From Candidatus Altimarinota bacterium (GTDB taxonomy: Bacteria; Patescibacteriota; Gracilibacteria; UBA1369), in the NCBI GenBank assembly GCA_963677745.1, contig OY782391.1:64001-128000 (forward strand): a stretch of 64,000 nucleotides of DNA. Reading direction: 5' to 3'. Positions 8,004 through 17,621 of the stretch are shown here, in pieces; positions within the stretch are counted from its first letter, which is position 1; every line of letters begins with the position of its first letter. The notes under the pieces are model-generated. The model searched no databases and was not told the DNA's origin. It saw only the letters and a list, made by a program, of their open reading frames with translations. The translations under genes and the position numbers were made by a program.

Positions 8004-10865
8004 ATGGTTGCAGAAACAATCACAACGGGAAACTGGGGCAGAAACAAAAAAAGATTACCGCCGGCGGTTGAATCAATGCCGGATCAACAGGTAAAAAGGG
8101 GAGTTGATTTAGCCGGAACTCAAGTCCAAACGCCAGACGGAGCCTACACAATGAAACCAGCGAGCGCAGGCGGTTTACCCATGGCAAGGGTCGGACAAAC
8201 GATCCCGGAACTGAGACAGCCCAGACTTCCGGCAACAGTCGCCACCTCAGATAATCCGTTAATTCAAAAAGGACAGCCGGTCACTACCGCAACAACCGAC
8301 CCCAGACAAAAGGAGGTCGAAATTATGGTAAAAAGAGCGAAAAACGAAAGCCTCAATGACGAAGATTTGCGCTTTTTGGCCAACAAAGAACTGGAATCGC
8401 GGAATGTAACTACCCCCGTCGCAGCTACCTCACCAACCCCGGTGGTTACACCTGACGACATCAACGCAATGACCCCTGAACAAAGACAGGCTTACGAACA
8501 AAGCGGATTTAATGACATCAGGGACCAGCAAATCGGGGCAATCGACGAATTCGGCCAGGCACAGCAAGATGTGTTTGGAAAAAGGATCGCCGCTGCCGAA
8601 GATCAACTCGCAGAAACAAAGTCACAAACGGAGCTGCAAAATAACGAACTTTTAAAAGCTTTCGAGGCAGAACAACGCCAGGCGGCGGAAGGCTCAAAAC
8701 AAGACATAATAGAGGCCGGAGCCGAAGGAATGAACACTTTACAACGCAGCGCGGCAAGACGTGGAATGAGCCGGTCCAGCGATACTGAGGGGGCCATCGC
8801 GAAAGCAACTGCCAACACTCAAAAACTTGTCGGACAAATTGAACTCGCAACAAATTCGGCAATCAGGACTTATCAGGTTGAACTTTTGGATAAACTGGAC
8901 CAAAAGATGACCAAATTACAGGACAGGGTCACAAATCTTGGTGATGCTGCCGCCGATGCTGAATTGTCGGTTATGAAAGAAAAGCAGAAAACCTATGTCG
9001 ATTTAATGAGCCAGGATCCGACCAATCCCAAAAACATGATCGCCCTTGCCGATAAATTAAAAACTCAGCAATTGGCAGAACTCAAGGAAAACAACGAGGC
9101 CGCAAAAGCCCTTAGAGCTGATGCAAAAGCCAATTTCCAATTTATGATTTCCAGTTTTGGAAGCCAGGCGTTTGCCAATACGTCACCTGAGGAAATGGCA
9201 AATCTTGCCGCAAATCTCGGCGTCCCAGTAAGCACATTATCGAAAATGCCTGCCACCCTGAAAGAACAGGAAAATGACTGGGAAAAACTCAAATATTCCG
9301 CTGATCGTCAATGGGACGCTCAAAAATACGCTCAGGACAGGGAGGATAAATTTGCCATTGAGGATTTGAAAACAAGTAACGATTGGCAGAAATTACTTTG
9401 GCAGGCTGCCCGTGATGACGAAAAATCCAGCAAACAATTGGATAATATTTTGGCATCGGTTGGCATAGATTATGCAGACAAAGCGTCCGGGGCAACACCA
9501 AGCGCGATGACTTACGATGTCCCCGTTCCTCACCCGGTAAGCGGCGACGCTGTTGTTTCTGTGAATACCAACTTAGCCTTGGCGAAGCCCGAAGGTTACA
9601 AATATTCTACCAGCGGTGGTCCTTTGGCCGGTCAATGCGCCTGGTATGCTGAACAACTCACAAATTTGGGAGGCAAAAACTGGACCATCGGTAATACGCT
9701 TTCGGAAAAACAAAATAATCTCGCCGGAAAGGTCAAACAAGGATTGGCGTTTTATCCAGGACAGGACGAAATAAAGGTTGGTCAGACTTTAATTACCAGC
9801 GATTCCCAGACTTATGGCCACGCTGCCGTTGTGAACGGAATTACTGCCGATGGAAAACTGATTTTGACTGAATCAAACTATGCCGGTCCGCTCAAAGTCA
9901 CAAATACCAGAACGGTTGACCCCAACGATCCGAAGATTATCGGAATCCTGAAAACCACCCCGAAACCCCAATATCAGATCGCCAAGGCGGCGGTCAACGC
10001 GATCGGATCCGTCACCGACAAACTGGGACCGCTTGGGAAACTTGTTTCAGGGATTGGAAAAGAAAACCCCAATATCGGCGAATCAATTGCACAGACTTTG
10101 GCCGGTTTCTTGCCCTCAGGGGAGACCCCGGAACAACCGACGGAAACACCGACCGAACAACCGGGACAAAATGCTTTGAACGAAACGCAAATCAGGGGAA
10201 TTGACAGCCTTTCAGCGGACGAAAAAGCATTACTCAGACAGCAAGCCCCGGAGGTTTGGAATATGTATTTGCAGAGCGGAGGGGCAAAAGACCAGGCGAG
10301 CGCGTCTGATGTCAGAATGACCAGAAAAGAGGTTTATTCCATGCCGGTAGTCAAGAACTTTGAGGCGTTAAACGACACTTTCGAAAAGATGGATTCCTCC
10401 TACAAGGCATATAAAAAAGGCTCCATTGCCAAGGGCGGCGTCGATCAGGCGTTGGTGATGATGTTTAATAAGATGCTGGATCCGACCTCAGCCGTTAGGG
10501 AGGGCGAATATGCAAGAACAGCGCAGGGACAGTCTGCCCTTGATCGAGCCCAGCAGTATGTCGCCCAGTTATCTCAGGGGGGCGCAGGTATTACAGACAA
10601 AACCAGATCCGACATGGTTGACCTTGCGAAAGAATTACAGGGCGCGGCGCAGCAACAGTTTAACAGCCAAATGAAATTTTACGTCGATCTGGCCCCGGAA
10701 CTTGGCACGACACCTCAAAATCTCCTTGGTGCTTATTATCAGTATTACCAGCCCGGACAGACGGGAGGTCAGAGCGTAAAAGTCCAAGGCCCAGACGGCA
10801 ATTTGTATGAAATGACCCCGGAGGACGCTCAACTTGCAGTCCAACAGGGCGGAAAAATAATCTAA
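8004..10865 (+). CDS. Internal virion / DNA-ejection protein with CHAP peptidoglycan hydrolase domain
   Basis: Long helical Q/A/E-rich body; CHAP triad context GQCAWY...GHAAVV...LTESNY at about 9620-9960. Confidence 0.75.
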   Translation: MVAETITTGNWGRNKKRLPPAVESMPDQQVKRGVDLAGTQVQTPDGAYTMKPASAGGLPMARVGQTIPELRQPRLPATVATSDNPLIQKGQPVTTATTDPRQKEVEIMVKRAKNESLNDEDLRFLANKELESRNVTTPVAATSPTPVVTPDDINAMTPEQRQAYEQSGFNDIRDQQIGAIDEFGQAQQDVFGKRIAAAEDQLAETKSQTELQNNELLKAFEAEQRQAAEGSKQDIIEAGAEGMNTLQRSAARRGMSRSSDTEGAIAKATANTQKLVGQIELATNSAIRTYQVELLDKLDQKMTKLQDRVTNLGDAAADAELSVMKEKQKTYVDLMSQDPTNPKNMIALADKLKTQQLAELKENNEAAKALRADAKANFQFMISSFGSQAFANTSPEEMANLAANLGVPVSTLSKMPATLKEQENDWEKLKYSADRQWDAQKYAQDREDKFAIEDLKTSNDWQKLLWQAARDDEKSSKQLDNILASVGIDYADKASGATPSAMTYDVPVPHPVSGDAVVSVNTNLALAKPEGYKYSTSGGPLAGQCAWYAEQLTNLGGKNWTIGNTLSEKQNNLAGKVKQGLAFYPGQDEIKVGQTLITSDSQTYGHAAVVNGITADGKLILTESNYAGPLKVTNTRTVDPNDPKIIGILKTTPKPQYQIAKAAVNAIGSVTDKLGPLGKLVSGIGKENPNIGESIAQTLAGFLPSGETPEQPTETPTEQPGQNALNETQIRGIDSLSADEKALLRQQAPEVWNMYLQSGGAKDQASASDVRMTRKEVYSMPVVKNFEALNDTFEKMDSSYKAYKKGSIAKGGVDQALVMMFNKMLDPTSAVREGEYARTAQGQSALDRAQQYVAQLSQGGAGITDKTRSDMVDLAKELQGAAQQQFNSQMKFYVDLAPELGTTPQNLLGAYYQYYQPGQTGGQSVKVQGPDGNLYEMTPEDAQLAVQQGGKII

Positions 10866-10870
10866 AAACC

Positions 10871-12427
10871 ATGCCAAGCGTATTCTCAAAATATCAACCA
10901 GTCAGCTCAGCATCAAGCGTTTTCAGTAAATATAAACCCGTTGAAAAGAGCGGATTTATTGGTGCAAAAGCCCCGGCCCAGACAAACAACGGGGATTGGG
11001 TTTCCAGTACCTTATTGGGACTGGGTAATTTAGGGGCTCAGGCGGCATCAGAAGCGGCCAGATTTGGGGGAAATGCTCTAAATGCTGCCGGACAGATCGT
11101 CGATCCTGTCACAAACATTAATCGCGTCGCCCAGACAGTCAGTCGCATTGGCGGAGGTGACGGAAGCGTAAATATTATCCCGAAAGAATTACAGCTTGTC
11201 GAAGGGGCAACCGGCCTGGTTAAAAAAGGAACAGACTATCTAGCCGACACGGCCGAAAAGACCTCACAGCTTTCAAGCGGAAAAGGGGAGGACGACATTT
11301 CAACACAGGCAGGCCGGGCATTGGGCGTCGGGGCTGGCATAATTGGTACCATGGCCCTAACCCCTCAGGTTTCAATTGATAAAATCAAAAACATTTCCCC
11401 ATTTTTAGGTAAAATCATTCCACAATCGCTGGTTGATACTGCCGTTCAGTCTGGGGGAATTAAAGGCGAAGCCCCAAGCTGGCAAGATTACGCAACGGGA
11501 GCCGCTTTCGATTCCGTTCTTTATGGAGGTGGAAAATTGCTGAGAATGCTATCAAAAAAAGGACTTGCCGGGATCCCCAATTTTACCAATACCCAAAAAG
11601 GCCGATTGGCAGAACAAGGGCTTACAATGGACAAAATCGGAGACACTCTTTATGACCTCGATTTACCAGTTACGAACAACCGGGAGGCTATCAAGTCCAC
11701 AATTTCAAACAAAGTGGCCAAGCTTTCCGGGATCCTCGATGATGCAATCGATTCGGCGGACAACGTCCCTGGACTGGTTAAACGTGGACAGGGTTTTGGG
11801 GCCGTCAAAAGTGCCGATCTAATCGACGGATTACGGGAAAAGACGCTGGACGAACTGGGAAACCTCAAGTTTGGCCAGGCTCAGCAAGTTTCGAATTCAA
11901 TTGAAAACGTCCTGGACGAATTCCAGAAAACGGTCGGGTCCAGGGAATATTTAACCAATGCCCAAACTCAGGCGTTGAAAAAGAAATTAGGCGGAGCATT
12001 GGAAAGTTTTTATAATTCAAACGCCCAGGAAAAAGCCCTGGACGTGGCAAATGATGTTATCAGGGGCAATGCTCAAAAAATCATCGAAAAAAATGTCAAA
12101 GGAGCGGCAGAATTGAACGCCCAGATGTCACCTTTATTGGCAGTACAAAACAGACTGGAAAAGGCCGGAAAATCAAGCGGTTATCTGGGGAATATCATCA
12201 CGGGAACAGGGGCAATGGCCGGGGATTTTGCCAAAGGGAATCTGCCCGGAGCGATGAAAAATGCAGGGATCGCAATTGGCCTGAAAAATCTAATCACCAG
12301 CGATCTTGCTAAAACCGGCCTCGCGAAATTCTCAAAAAGTACCGAAAAGGGTGCATTGGCTCAAATCGGCAAAATCACAAACCCATTAATCAGGACATTA
12401 ATTTTGAAAGGAATTAGCGGCAAGTAA
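10871..12427 (+). CDS. Internal virion / DNA-ejection protein
   Basis: G/A-rich helical protein following the previous gene; N-terminal SVFSKY repeat. Confidence 0.55.
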   Translation: MPSVFSKYQPVSSASSVFSKYKPVEKSGFIGAKAPAQTNNGDWVSSTLLGLGNLGAQAASEAARFGGNALNAAGQIVDPVTNINRVAQTVSRIGGGDGSVNIIPKELQLVEGATGLVKKGTDYLADTAEKTSQLSSGKGEDDISTQAGRALGVGAGIIGTMALTPQVSIDKIKNISPFLGKIIPQSLVDTAVQSGGIKGEAPSWQDYATGAAFDSVLYGGGKLLRMLSKKGLAGIPNFTNTQKGRLAEQGLTMDKIGDTLYDLDLPVTNNREAIKSTISNKVAKLSGILDDAIDSADNVPGLVKRGQGFGAVKSADLIDGLREKTLDELGNLKFGQAQQVSNSIENVLDEFQKTVGSREYLTNAQTQALKKKLGGALESFYNSNAQEKALDVANDVIRGNAQKIIEKNVKGAAELNAQMSPLLAVQNRLEKAGKSSGYLGNIITGTGAMAGDFAKGNLPGAMKNAGIAIGLKNLITSDLAKTGLAKFSKSTEKGALAQIGKITNPLIRTLILKGISGK

Positions 12428-12658
12428 AAACAGGAAAATTGCCAAAATAGACAGGGTCAGATAAACGGCGATGGAGTGTTTGCGGATCCATTTTATCAGT
12501 TTTTCATGTTTCTTGGAAAAGGCCGGCCAATTCTTTTCGGCGTGCTGTTCGGTCAGCGACCAAGCGATTATTAGCAGAATTACACAAATCAGCCCAAGGG
12601 CCAATGACGGGAAAAAGCCTGTAAAAATGCCGACGCCTGCCGCGAATATATATTCCAT
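12398..12658 (-). CDS. Small multi-TM moron protein
   Basis: 2-3 hydrophobic segments; antisense to late operon. Confidence 0.55.
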   Translation of the reverse strand: MEYIFAAGVGIFTGFFPSLALGLICVILLIIAWSLTEQHAEKNWPAFSKKHEKLIKWIRKHSIAVYLTLSILAIFLFLLAANSFQN

Positions 12659-12668
12659 GGTTTTTTGA

Positions 12669-13088
12669 TTAAATATCGTCGTCTGAATCGTCATCATCAA
12701 TTTGGGTCTGCCCCTCGCGCCCGTTATACCTCACCAGGGCTCGATAAGCCGCGTCCTCGATCATGTTTGGGAGCCAAGTAGCTGAAAGATGGTTTAAAAT
12801 GATTAAACCGATAATCCACCACAAATTAGCCCAGATCCAGCCAAATACAATAAACAGGATTCCAACAACAAAAGCCCCGAGCCTGCTCCAACCCGTGTCA
12901 GTCCCAATATCGATGCTGCCGCCGGTCCAGTCTAAAATCATGGGTTGAAAGATGGCAACGGCAAAAATGAAGCCGACGATCCATAACAAAGCTTTCCAGG
13001 CTGGTTTTGTATTTTCGAACAACCATTTAATTTCGTTGGCAATTCTTTTGAAAATCCCGATTTTTTTTGGTTCGACTTCTTTGGTCAT
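12669..13088 (-). CDS. Membrane moron protein
   Basis: MTKEVEP start overlapping upstream stop; 2-3 TM segments; acidic tail. Confidence 0.6.
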   Translation of the reverse strand: MTKEVEPKKIGIFKRIANEIKWLFENTKPAWKALLWIVGFIFAVAIFQPMILDWTGGSIDIGTDTGWSRLGAFVVGILFIVFGWIWANLWWIIGLIILNHLSATWLPNMIEDAAYRALVRYNGREGQTQIDDDDSDDDI

Positions 13089-13315
13089 TCGCTTTCTATT
13101 AATTGTCTTTCGTCCTGGTGATGATAATGCTCTACCCGGGGAGTTCCCTGATCTTTCAATGCTTTCGCGACCGATTTCCATTTATCAACCTCGTGACAGA
13201 GTTCCTTTATGCGTTCCTCGTAAGAATAGATCAGAAAGCCAATAATTCCTAAAAAACCACCACAAACAACCCAGAAAAAAGGGTGAGCAATAATGTCTCT
13301 AAGTGTAAGGGTCAT
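13085..13315 (-). CDS. Single-TM moron protein
   Basis: FFWVVCGGFLGIIGFLIY followed by coiled coil. Confidence 0.55.
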   Translation of the reverse strand: MTLTLRDIIAHPFFWVVCGGFLGIIGFLIYSYEERIKELCHEVDKWKSVAKALKDQGTPRVEHYHHQDERQLIESE

Positions 13316-13449
13316 TTTTTTGATTATTTCAATTTATCCTATTTAAACACAATCATTTGCTATTGGTCAAATGTATTGTCTGAATCATGCCTTGATCCGT
13401 TTTGGTGGGGGTATATGATCGAAAAAATAAATTAAATAACCCACAAATT

Positions 13450-14232
13450 ATGGCAAGAAAACAGCCGGTCCAGCTTTCCTTGATACCTCACGAGATCCAG
13501 TCAAATATCGTCACACAAAGAGCCGTTGACGGATATATTAACGCCACGGCCATGTGTAAGGCGGCCGGGAGGGAGTTTTCAGAATATAAGAGGAACAAAG
13601 CTACTATTGCCTTTATTGACGCCCTTTCTGCCGAGCTGGGAATTTCACAGGACGGCTTAATTCAGTCCATTGTCGGAGGCGTCCCGGAATATCAGGGGAC
13701 TTGGATTCACCCTCAAGTCGCAATCCATTTGGCCCAATGGCTTTCCCCTCAATTTGCTGTCCAGGTATCAAAGTGGGTTTTTGAGTGGCTTTCTGGTGGA
13801 GGAAAGGACACTATGCCCTATCACCTGAGGCGGTACATAGCCAACAGGGGAAATATTCCTCACACTCACTTTTCTATTCTGAATGAGGTTATATTTGGGC
13901 TGGTCGCTCCGTTGGAAAGCCAGGGGTACACATTGCCCGAAAAACTGGTCCCGGACATCTCAGAGGGAAAAATGTTTTCGTCCTGGTTGATCTCAAAGGG
14001 CATAGATCCTAAAAAATTTCCCAGATATTACCATCGTTACGAGGACGGCCGGGTCGTAGATGCCCGATTATATCCCAACGAGGTTTTGGCCGAATTTAGA
14101 CAGCATTTTAATGAGGTTTGGCTGCCGGAAAGGTCAAAACTGTATTTTCAGGAAAGAGACCCAGAGGCTTTGCCATATCTGGAACAGGTGCTAATCGCCA
14201 TCGGTTACAACAAGCCAAAACAACTCAATTGA
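13450..14232 (+). CDS. KilA-N domain protein, BstA-like C-terminus
   Basis: KilA-N: QRAVDGYINATAMCK...GTWIHPQVAIHLAQWLSPQF; C-terminal HFS.L.E..VPDIS.G..Y.H.Y..YP..LAEFR. Confidence 0.8.
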   Translation: MARKQPVQLSLIPHEIQSNIVTQRAVDGYINATAMCKAAGREFSEYKRNKATIAFIDALSAELGISQDGLIQSIVGGVPEYQGTWIHPQVAIHLAQWLSPQFAVQVSKWVFEWLSGGGKDTMPYHLRRYIANRGNIPHTHFSILNEVIFGLVAPLESQGYTLPEKLVPDISEGKMFSSWLISKGIDPKKFPRYYHRYEDGRVVDARLYPNEVLAEFRQHFNEVWLPERSKLYFQERDPEALPYLEQVLIAIGYNKPKQLN

Positions 14233-14253
14233 CGGGGACGGATAATCATTAGC

Positions 14254-14298
14254 TTGCATTTTAAGAATTCCAGCGTATCTTTCGGAATTGGCGCAGGG
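14254..14298 (+). promoter_or_regulatory. Putative phage promoter with downstream GGCGCAGGG element
   Basis: TTGCAT-16-TATCTT, then GGCGCAGGG (14290-14298). Confidence 0.45.
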
Positions 14299-14312
14299 TA
14301 AGAAGTCAATTT

Positions 14313-15167
14313 ATGGCTATCACTTACCTGAGAACACCCGTTTATCGCGGAACAAATGTCGCTGGACAAACTGCAATGGTCAACGGCCAGCCTTATGTTA
14401 TGAGGGGTGCATCTTCTGGCGTGGCAACCCGGACGCTTCCAAACTATGTGCAAGGACGCCCAGTCACCGAAGATGACATCTCCAACGCCCGAAATGCTCA
14501 GGCCCAGGCTGTCGCAACAGTCGGCAATTACACCCCGGACGGGATCCAGATTAATAAAGTCCGCCAAGGGTGGCTTTCAAATCAAAACCCAGAATTGAGG
14601 GGAGGTATTGCCGAGGTTTCTGTTAATGGCAAGCCAATTCGCGTACCAAACGCGCTTTTACAACAAATGATGTTTACCGACGCCTGGAATCAGGGCCGGA
14701 GCAATGAAGTCGGCGATTTTTTCAATGGCAGAGCAAACCCGGATCCGAAAACTTATGGTTACACAAATTATGACGCGACCCAACAGCGTTTTGACAAGAT
14801 TTTAGCCGCAAATCCGCAATGGACAAATGACGCGCCGCTGAATCCTTACAAGGCGGCCGAGGAAAAAGCCCAGGCAGCCGCCGGCCGGTATCAAAAAATT
14901 ATGGACCAGATGGGACAACCCATGAAAGAAAGCCGGGCAGCAGGGGGACAATTTATGGGTGGCGACACTATGGGTGGCTTAAAAAGCGAGGCCGACAAGG
15001 CGTTGGCCGAGGCCCAATCATATTCCCCAGAACTTAACGCGCGCCGGGGCCGGTATTTTGGGGAATTGCAGGGTACGCGAATGCTCGAAGCACAAAGAAA
15101 AGCTTTTGAGGGTGGCGTTAAACCAACCTATTCAAATTTACCGATTCAGGAAAGAATTATTAAATAA
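14313..15167 (+). CDS. Hypothetical virion/ejection-type protein
   Basis: Q/G/A/N-rich 284-aa ORF with composition like the ejection proteins. Confidence 0.5.
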   Translation: MAITYLRTPVYRGTNVAGQTAMVNGQPYVMRGASSGVATRTLPNYVQGRPVTEDDISNARNAQAQAVATVGNYTPDGIQINKVRQGWLSNQNPELRGGIAEVSVNGKPIRVPNALLQQMMFTDAWNQGRSNEVGDFFNGRANPDPKTYGYTNYDATQQRFDKILAANPQWTNDAPLNPYKAAEEKAQAAAGRYQKIMDQMGQPMKESRAAGGQFMGGDTMGGLKSEADKALAEAQSYSPELNARRGRYFGELQGTRMLEAQRKAFEGGVKPTYSNLPIQERIIK

Positions 15168-15177
15168 CAAATCCAAA

Positions 15178-15375
15178 ATGAAAGATAAATTAATAAAATC
15201 AGCCTTAATCGCATTGGGCGGAGCTTTGATTACTGTTTTGCCCCTTTTAACTGTTGAAATAACCGACTGGCTCACAAAGTCCGATCCTATTGATTGGAAA
15301 ACGCCGGTTGCAATGGCGATAACTGCCGCTGGAACGTGGGCGGTAAACACAATCCGCGAGCTTATTAAAAAATAA
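15178..15375 (+). CDS. Holin (putative)
   Basis: 65 aa, two TM segments, basic ends, directly before endolysin. Confidence 0.65.
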   Translation: MKDKLIKSALIALGGALITVLPLLTVEITDWLTKSDPIDWKTPVAMAITAAGTWAVNTIRELIKK

Positions 15376-15379
15376 ATAT

Positions 15380-15994
15380 ATGCAGGCAATTTTCATTGAG
15401 GCCGGCCATGGAAAGTCTCTTTTAGGCATAAAAAAAGACGTCGGAGCGGTGGGAAAATTTGGCTCAAACGTCTATACTGAAAGATCAATTGTCCTGGAAC
15501 TGGCCCGGCGCATCATCACGATTTTAAAAGCCAAGCCAGAACTCAAACATTGTTTGATTCAAGGGAATGGTGTCGAAACTGATGCGACGATCAGAGCGAA
15601 AATGAAATACGTAAATACAGTAATTCAAGAAAATCGGTTTTTACCTTCCAAGTGTCTTGGTGTTGCAATCCACATGAACGCCAGCGGATCAAATCAACCA
15701 GGCGGATTTGAGACATGGTATCAAGTAAACGGGAAAAGCAAGCCACTTGCTGAATATATGGTTAGGGCTTGGCAAGAATACAAAATCACACCTTTGAGGC
15801 CGAGGCCGCTGAATAACAATAAAAATGGGCGTTACGGGCGATTCTATACCGACGACGCGCTTTGTCCTTACGTCATTATCGAAACTTCTTTTATTTCCAA
15901 TCTTGAGGACGTCAAATCAATTATCTCGAATTATGACCGGGCGGCCGAATGTTTGGCACATGGCATAATGGAGTTTATCAGAGCAAATGGCTAA
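15380..15994 (+). CDS. Endolysin, N-acetylmuramoyl-L-alanine amidase (Amidase_3)
   Basis: IEAGHG, E(R), AIHMNA, IIETSFISN zinc/catalytic motifs. Confidence 0.9.
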   Translation: MQAIFIEAGHGKSLLGIKKDVGAVGKFGSNVYTERSIVLELARRIITILKAKPELKHCLIQGNGVETDATIRAKMKYVNTVIQENRFLPSKCLGVAIHMNASGSNQPGGFETWYQVNGKSKPLAEYMVRAWQEYKITPLRPRPLNNNKNGRYGRFYTDDALCPYVIIETSFISNLEDVKSIISNYDRAAECLAHGIMEFIRANG

Positions 15995-16379
15995 AAAAAA
16001 CCGTTACTCGCAAACAATCCATCACGTCGTCCCAAGTTCCAGACGGGACGAGGGGTTTGACACTTCAAATAAACGCAATTTAAGGGATCTCCGCAAAACC
16101 TACCATGAAAACTGGCATCGTCTTTTTGCAAACAAAACGCCGGCTGAGATTATTGATTCGGTTGTCCAGATGCAGCACAATGTCATAAATCAAAAGGTCA
16201 GACGGGTAATTGAGGGGCTTTGCGATTTACCAAAATCTGATTTTTACATTCCAGACGTGTTGACCGAATATGCCGACGAAGATTTCGACCCGATGGACGT
16301 TGAGCTGGTCCGGGGAGAATTAAAAAAGCGGATCCAAGAATTACTTGACTGGATCGACGGTTTTAACGGTGATGTTTAG
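15987..16379 (+). CDS. HNH-like protein
   Basis: TIHHVVPSSR...N...HENWHRLF. Confidence 0.55.
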   Translation: MAKKNRYSQTIHHVVPSSRRDEGFDTSNKRNLRDLRKTYHENWHRLFANKTPAEIIDSVVQMQHNVINQKVRRVIEGLCDLPKSDFYIPDVLTEYADEDFDPMDVELVRGELKKRIQELLDWIDGFNGDV

Positions 16380-17241
16380 AGTGGATTTCCTGTAAATATT
16401 TGTCGGTAACGTGGGTATAAACCTGGGTTGTCGTTATTGAGGCGTGGCCCAAAAGTTGCTGAATTGCAGGCAGGGGAGCACCATTCCTTAAAAGCTCAGT
16501 TGCAAATGTATGGCGCAAACTATGGGGAGTAACTTTTTTCTTTATTCCGGCTTTCAGGGCGTAGGTTTTTACAATTATTTCGATCATCGCAACGCCCAGG
16601 CGTTTACCATTCCCGGAAACAAACAGCGCGTTTGATTTATCAGTCCTAAGGGACAAATACCGATCAAGACTTTTTCGGGCGACGTCCGAGATAAAAACAA
16701 GCCGATATTTTCGGCCTTTTCCTAAAACCCGGACATTGTTACTCAGCACATCGTCCCGATTCAAACTGGACAACTCCCGGACCCGGCAGCCGGTAGAATA
16801 CAAAACCCGGATTATCGCCGTGTTACGAATCGACCTGAACAAATCACAATCTTTTATCTCAAGTAATTTTTTCAGCTCCGGCATTTCCAAATAACACGGC
16901 TCCGGCCTGCTATATTTACAGGTTTCTATTTTATAGTATTTCAGCGTCGGGAAGTCCCGAATAAAACAAAATTTCAGAAATTGTCGGAGGACGATCAGGT
17001 GATACTGGACAGAGTTAAAACCGAGCCCCTTTTCCCTTAGTTTTAGGCGGAAACTATCAATATCCGAGCAATCTATCAGCTTTATATCTTTTCCCCGTAA
17101 AACCTCTAAAAACGCATATAAACAAGACTTGTAGTTTCTGAGCGTAAAAGGGGAGTAATTTTTGATAATTTCTAAATACTCTAGATATTTGTCAATCAAG
17201 TCAAGCACATGGTAAATCCGCCCGTCCACTATTTCACACAT
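16363..17241 (-). CDS. Tyrosine recombinase, XerC/XerD-like
   Basis: TGCRVREL, GKGRK, HSLRHTFAT, LLGH, TTTQVYTH (R-K-H-R-H-Y); 292 aa, no arm-binding N-domain. Confidence 0.95.
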   Translation of the reverse strand: MCEIVDGRIYHVLDLIDKYLEYLEIIKNYSPFTLRNYKSCLYAFLEVLRGKDIKLIDCSDIDSFRLKLREKGLGFNSVQYHLIVLRQFLKFCFIRDFPTLKYYKIETCKYSRPEPCYLEMPELKKLLEIKDCDLFRSIRNTAIIRVLYSTGCRVRELSSLNRDDVLSNNVRVLGKGRKYRLVFISDVARKSLDRYLSLRTDKSNALFVSGNGKRLGVAMIEIIVKTYALKAGIKKKVTPHSLRHTFATELLRNGAPLPAIQQLLGHASITTTQVYTHVTDKYLQEIHSKHHR

Positions 17242-17266
17242 ATTTAAACAAAGATTAAATAATTTA

Positions 17267-17434
17267 TTACAAATTTATTAACTTTTGTTTGGATATTGTT
17301 TTTGCGAGCGTAATTATTTCGTCTGCCTGGTCGGTCCCGACTGCATCGTTTAATTGGTCGAAAATTTCGATCATAGAAAGTGTCAGCTCCAACGCCTTGA
17401 GTTTTAAGACGTGAATTTTTTGTTTATTTGTCAT
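17267..17434 (-). CDS. Hypothetical 55-aa protein (below ORF-track cutoff)
   Basis: Manual translation MTNKQKIHVLKLKALELTLSMIEIF...; fills the operon gap. Confidence 0.45.
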   Translation of the reverse strand: MTNKQKIHVLKLKALELTLSMIEIFDQLNDAVGTDQADEIITLAKTISKQKLINL

Positions 17435-17621
17435 CTGGTTTGTGAAGTTTAAAGGTGGATTTTCTAAGCCGGATCCTGTTTAGAATAATGACCCTCGTTT
17501 TTGGGGTAGGTTGGCAGGGATTGTCCAGGGGATTTGCCGTCCTTAGCGAGCAGTTTTGACATTCCAAAACATCGAATCCTTCGGAGGTTTTAAATCCTGT
17601 CAGGATAAATCGGTGTTTCAT
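17424..17621 (-). CDS. Hypothetical protein (CxxC)
   Basis: Overlap-coupled ORF. Confidence 0.45.
   Translation of the reverse strand: MKHRFILTGFKTSEGFDVLECQNCSLRTANPLDNPCQPTPKTRVIILNRIRLRKSTFKLHKPDDK

Noticed and set aside
17245-17291. Imperfect AT-rich inverted repeat upstream of the recombinase as an att site
   Set aside because: Low complexity, overlaps the end of a small ORF, no 11-6-11 layout, phage genes on both sides
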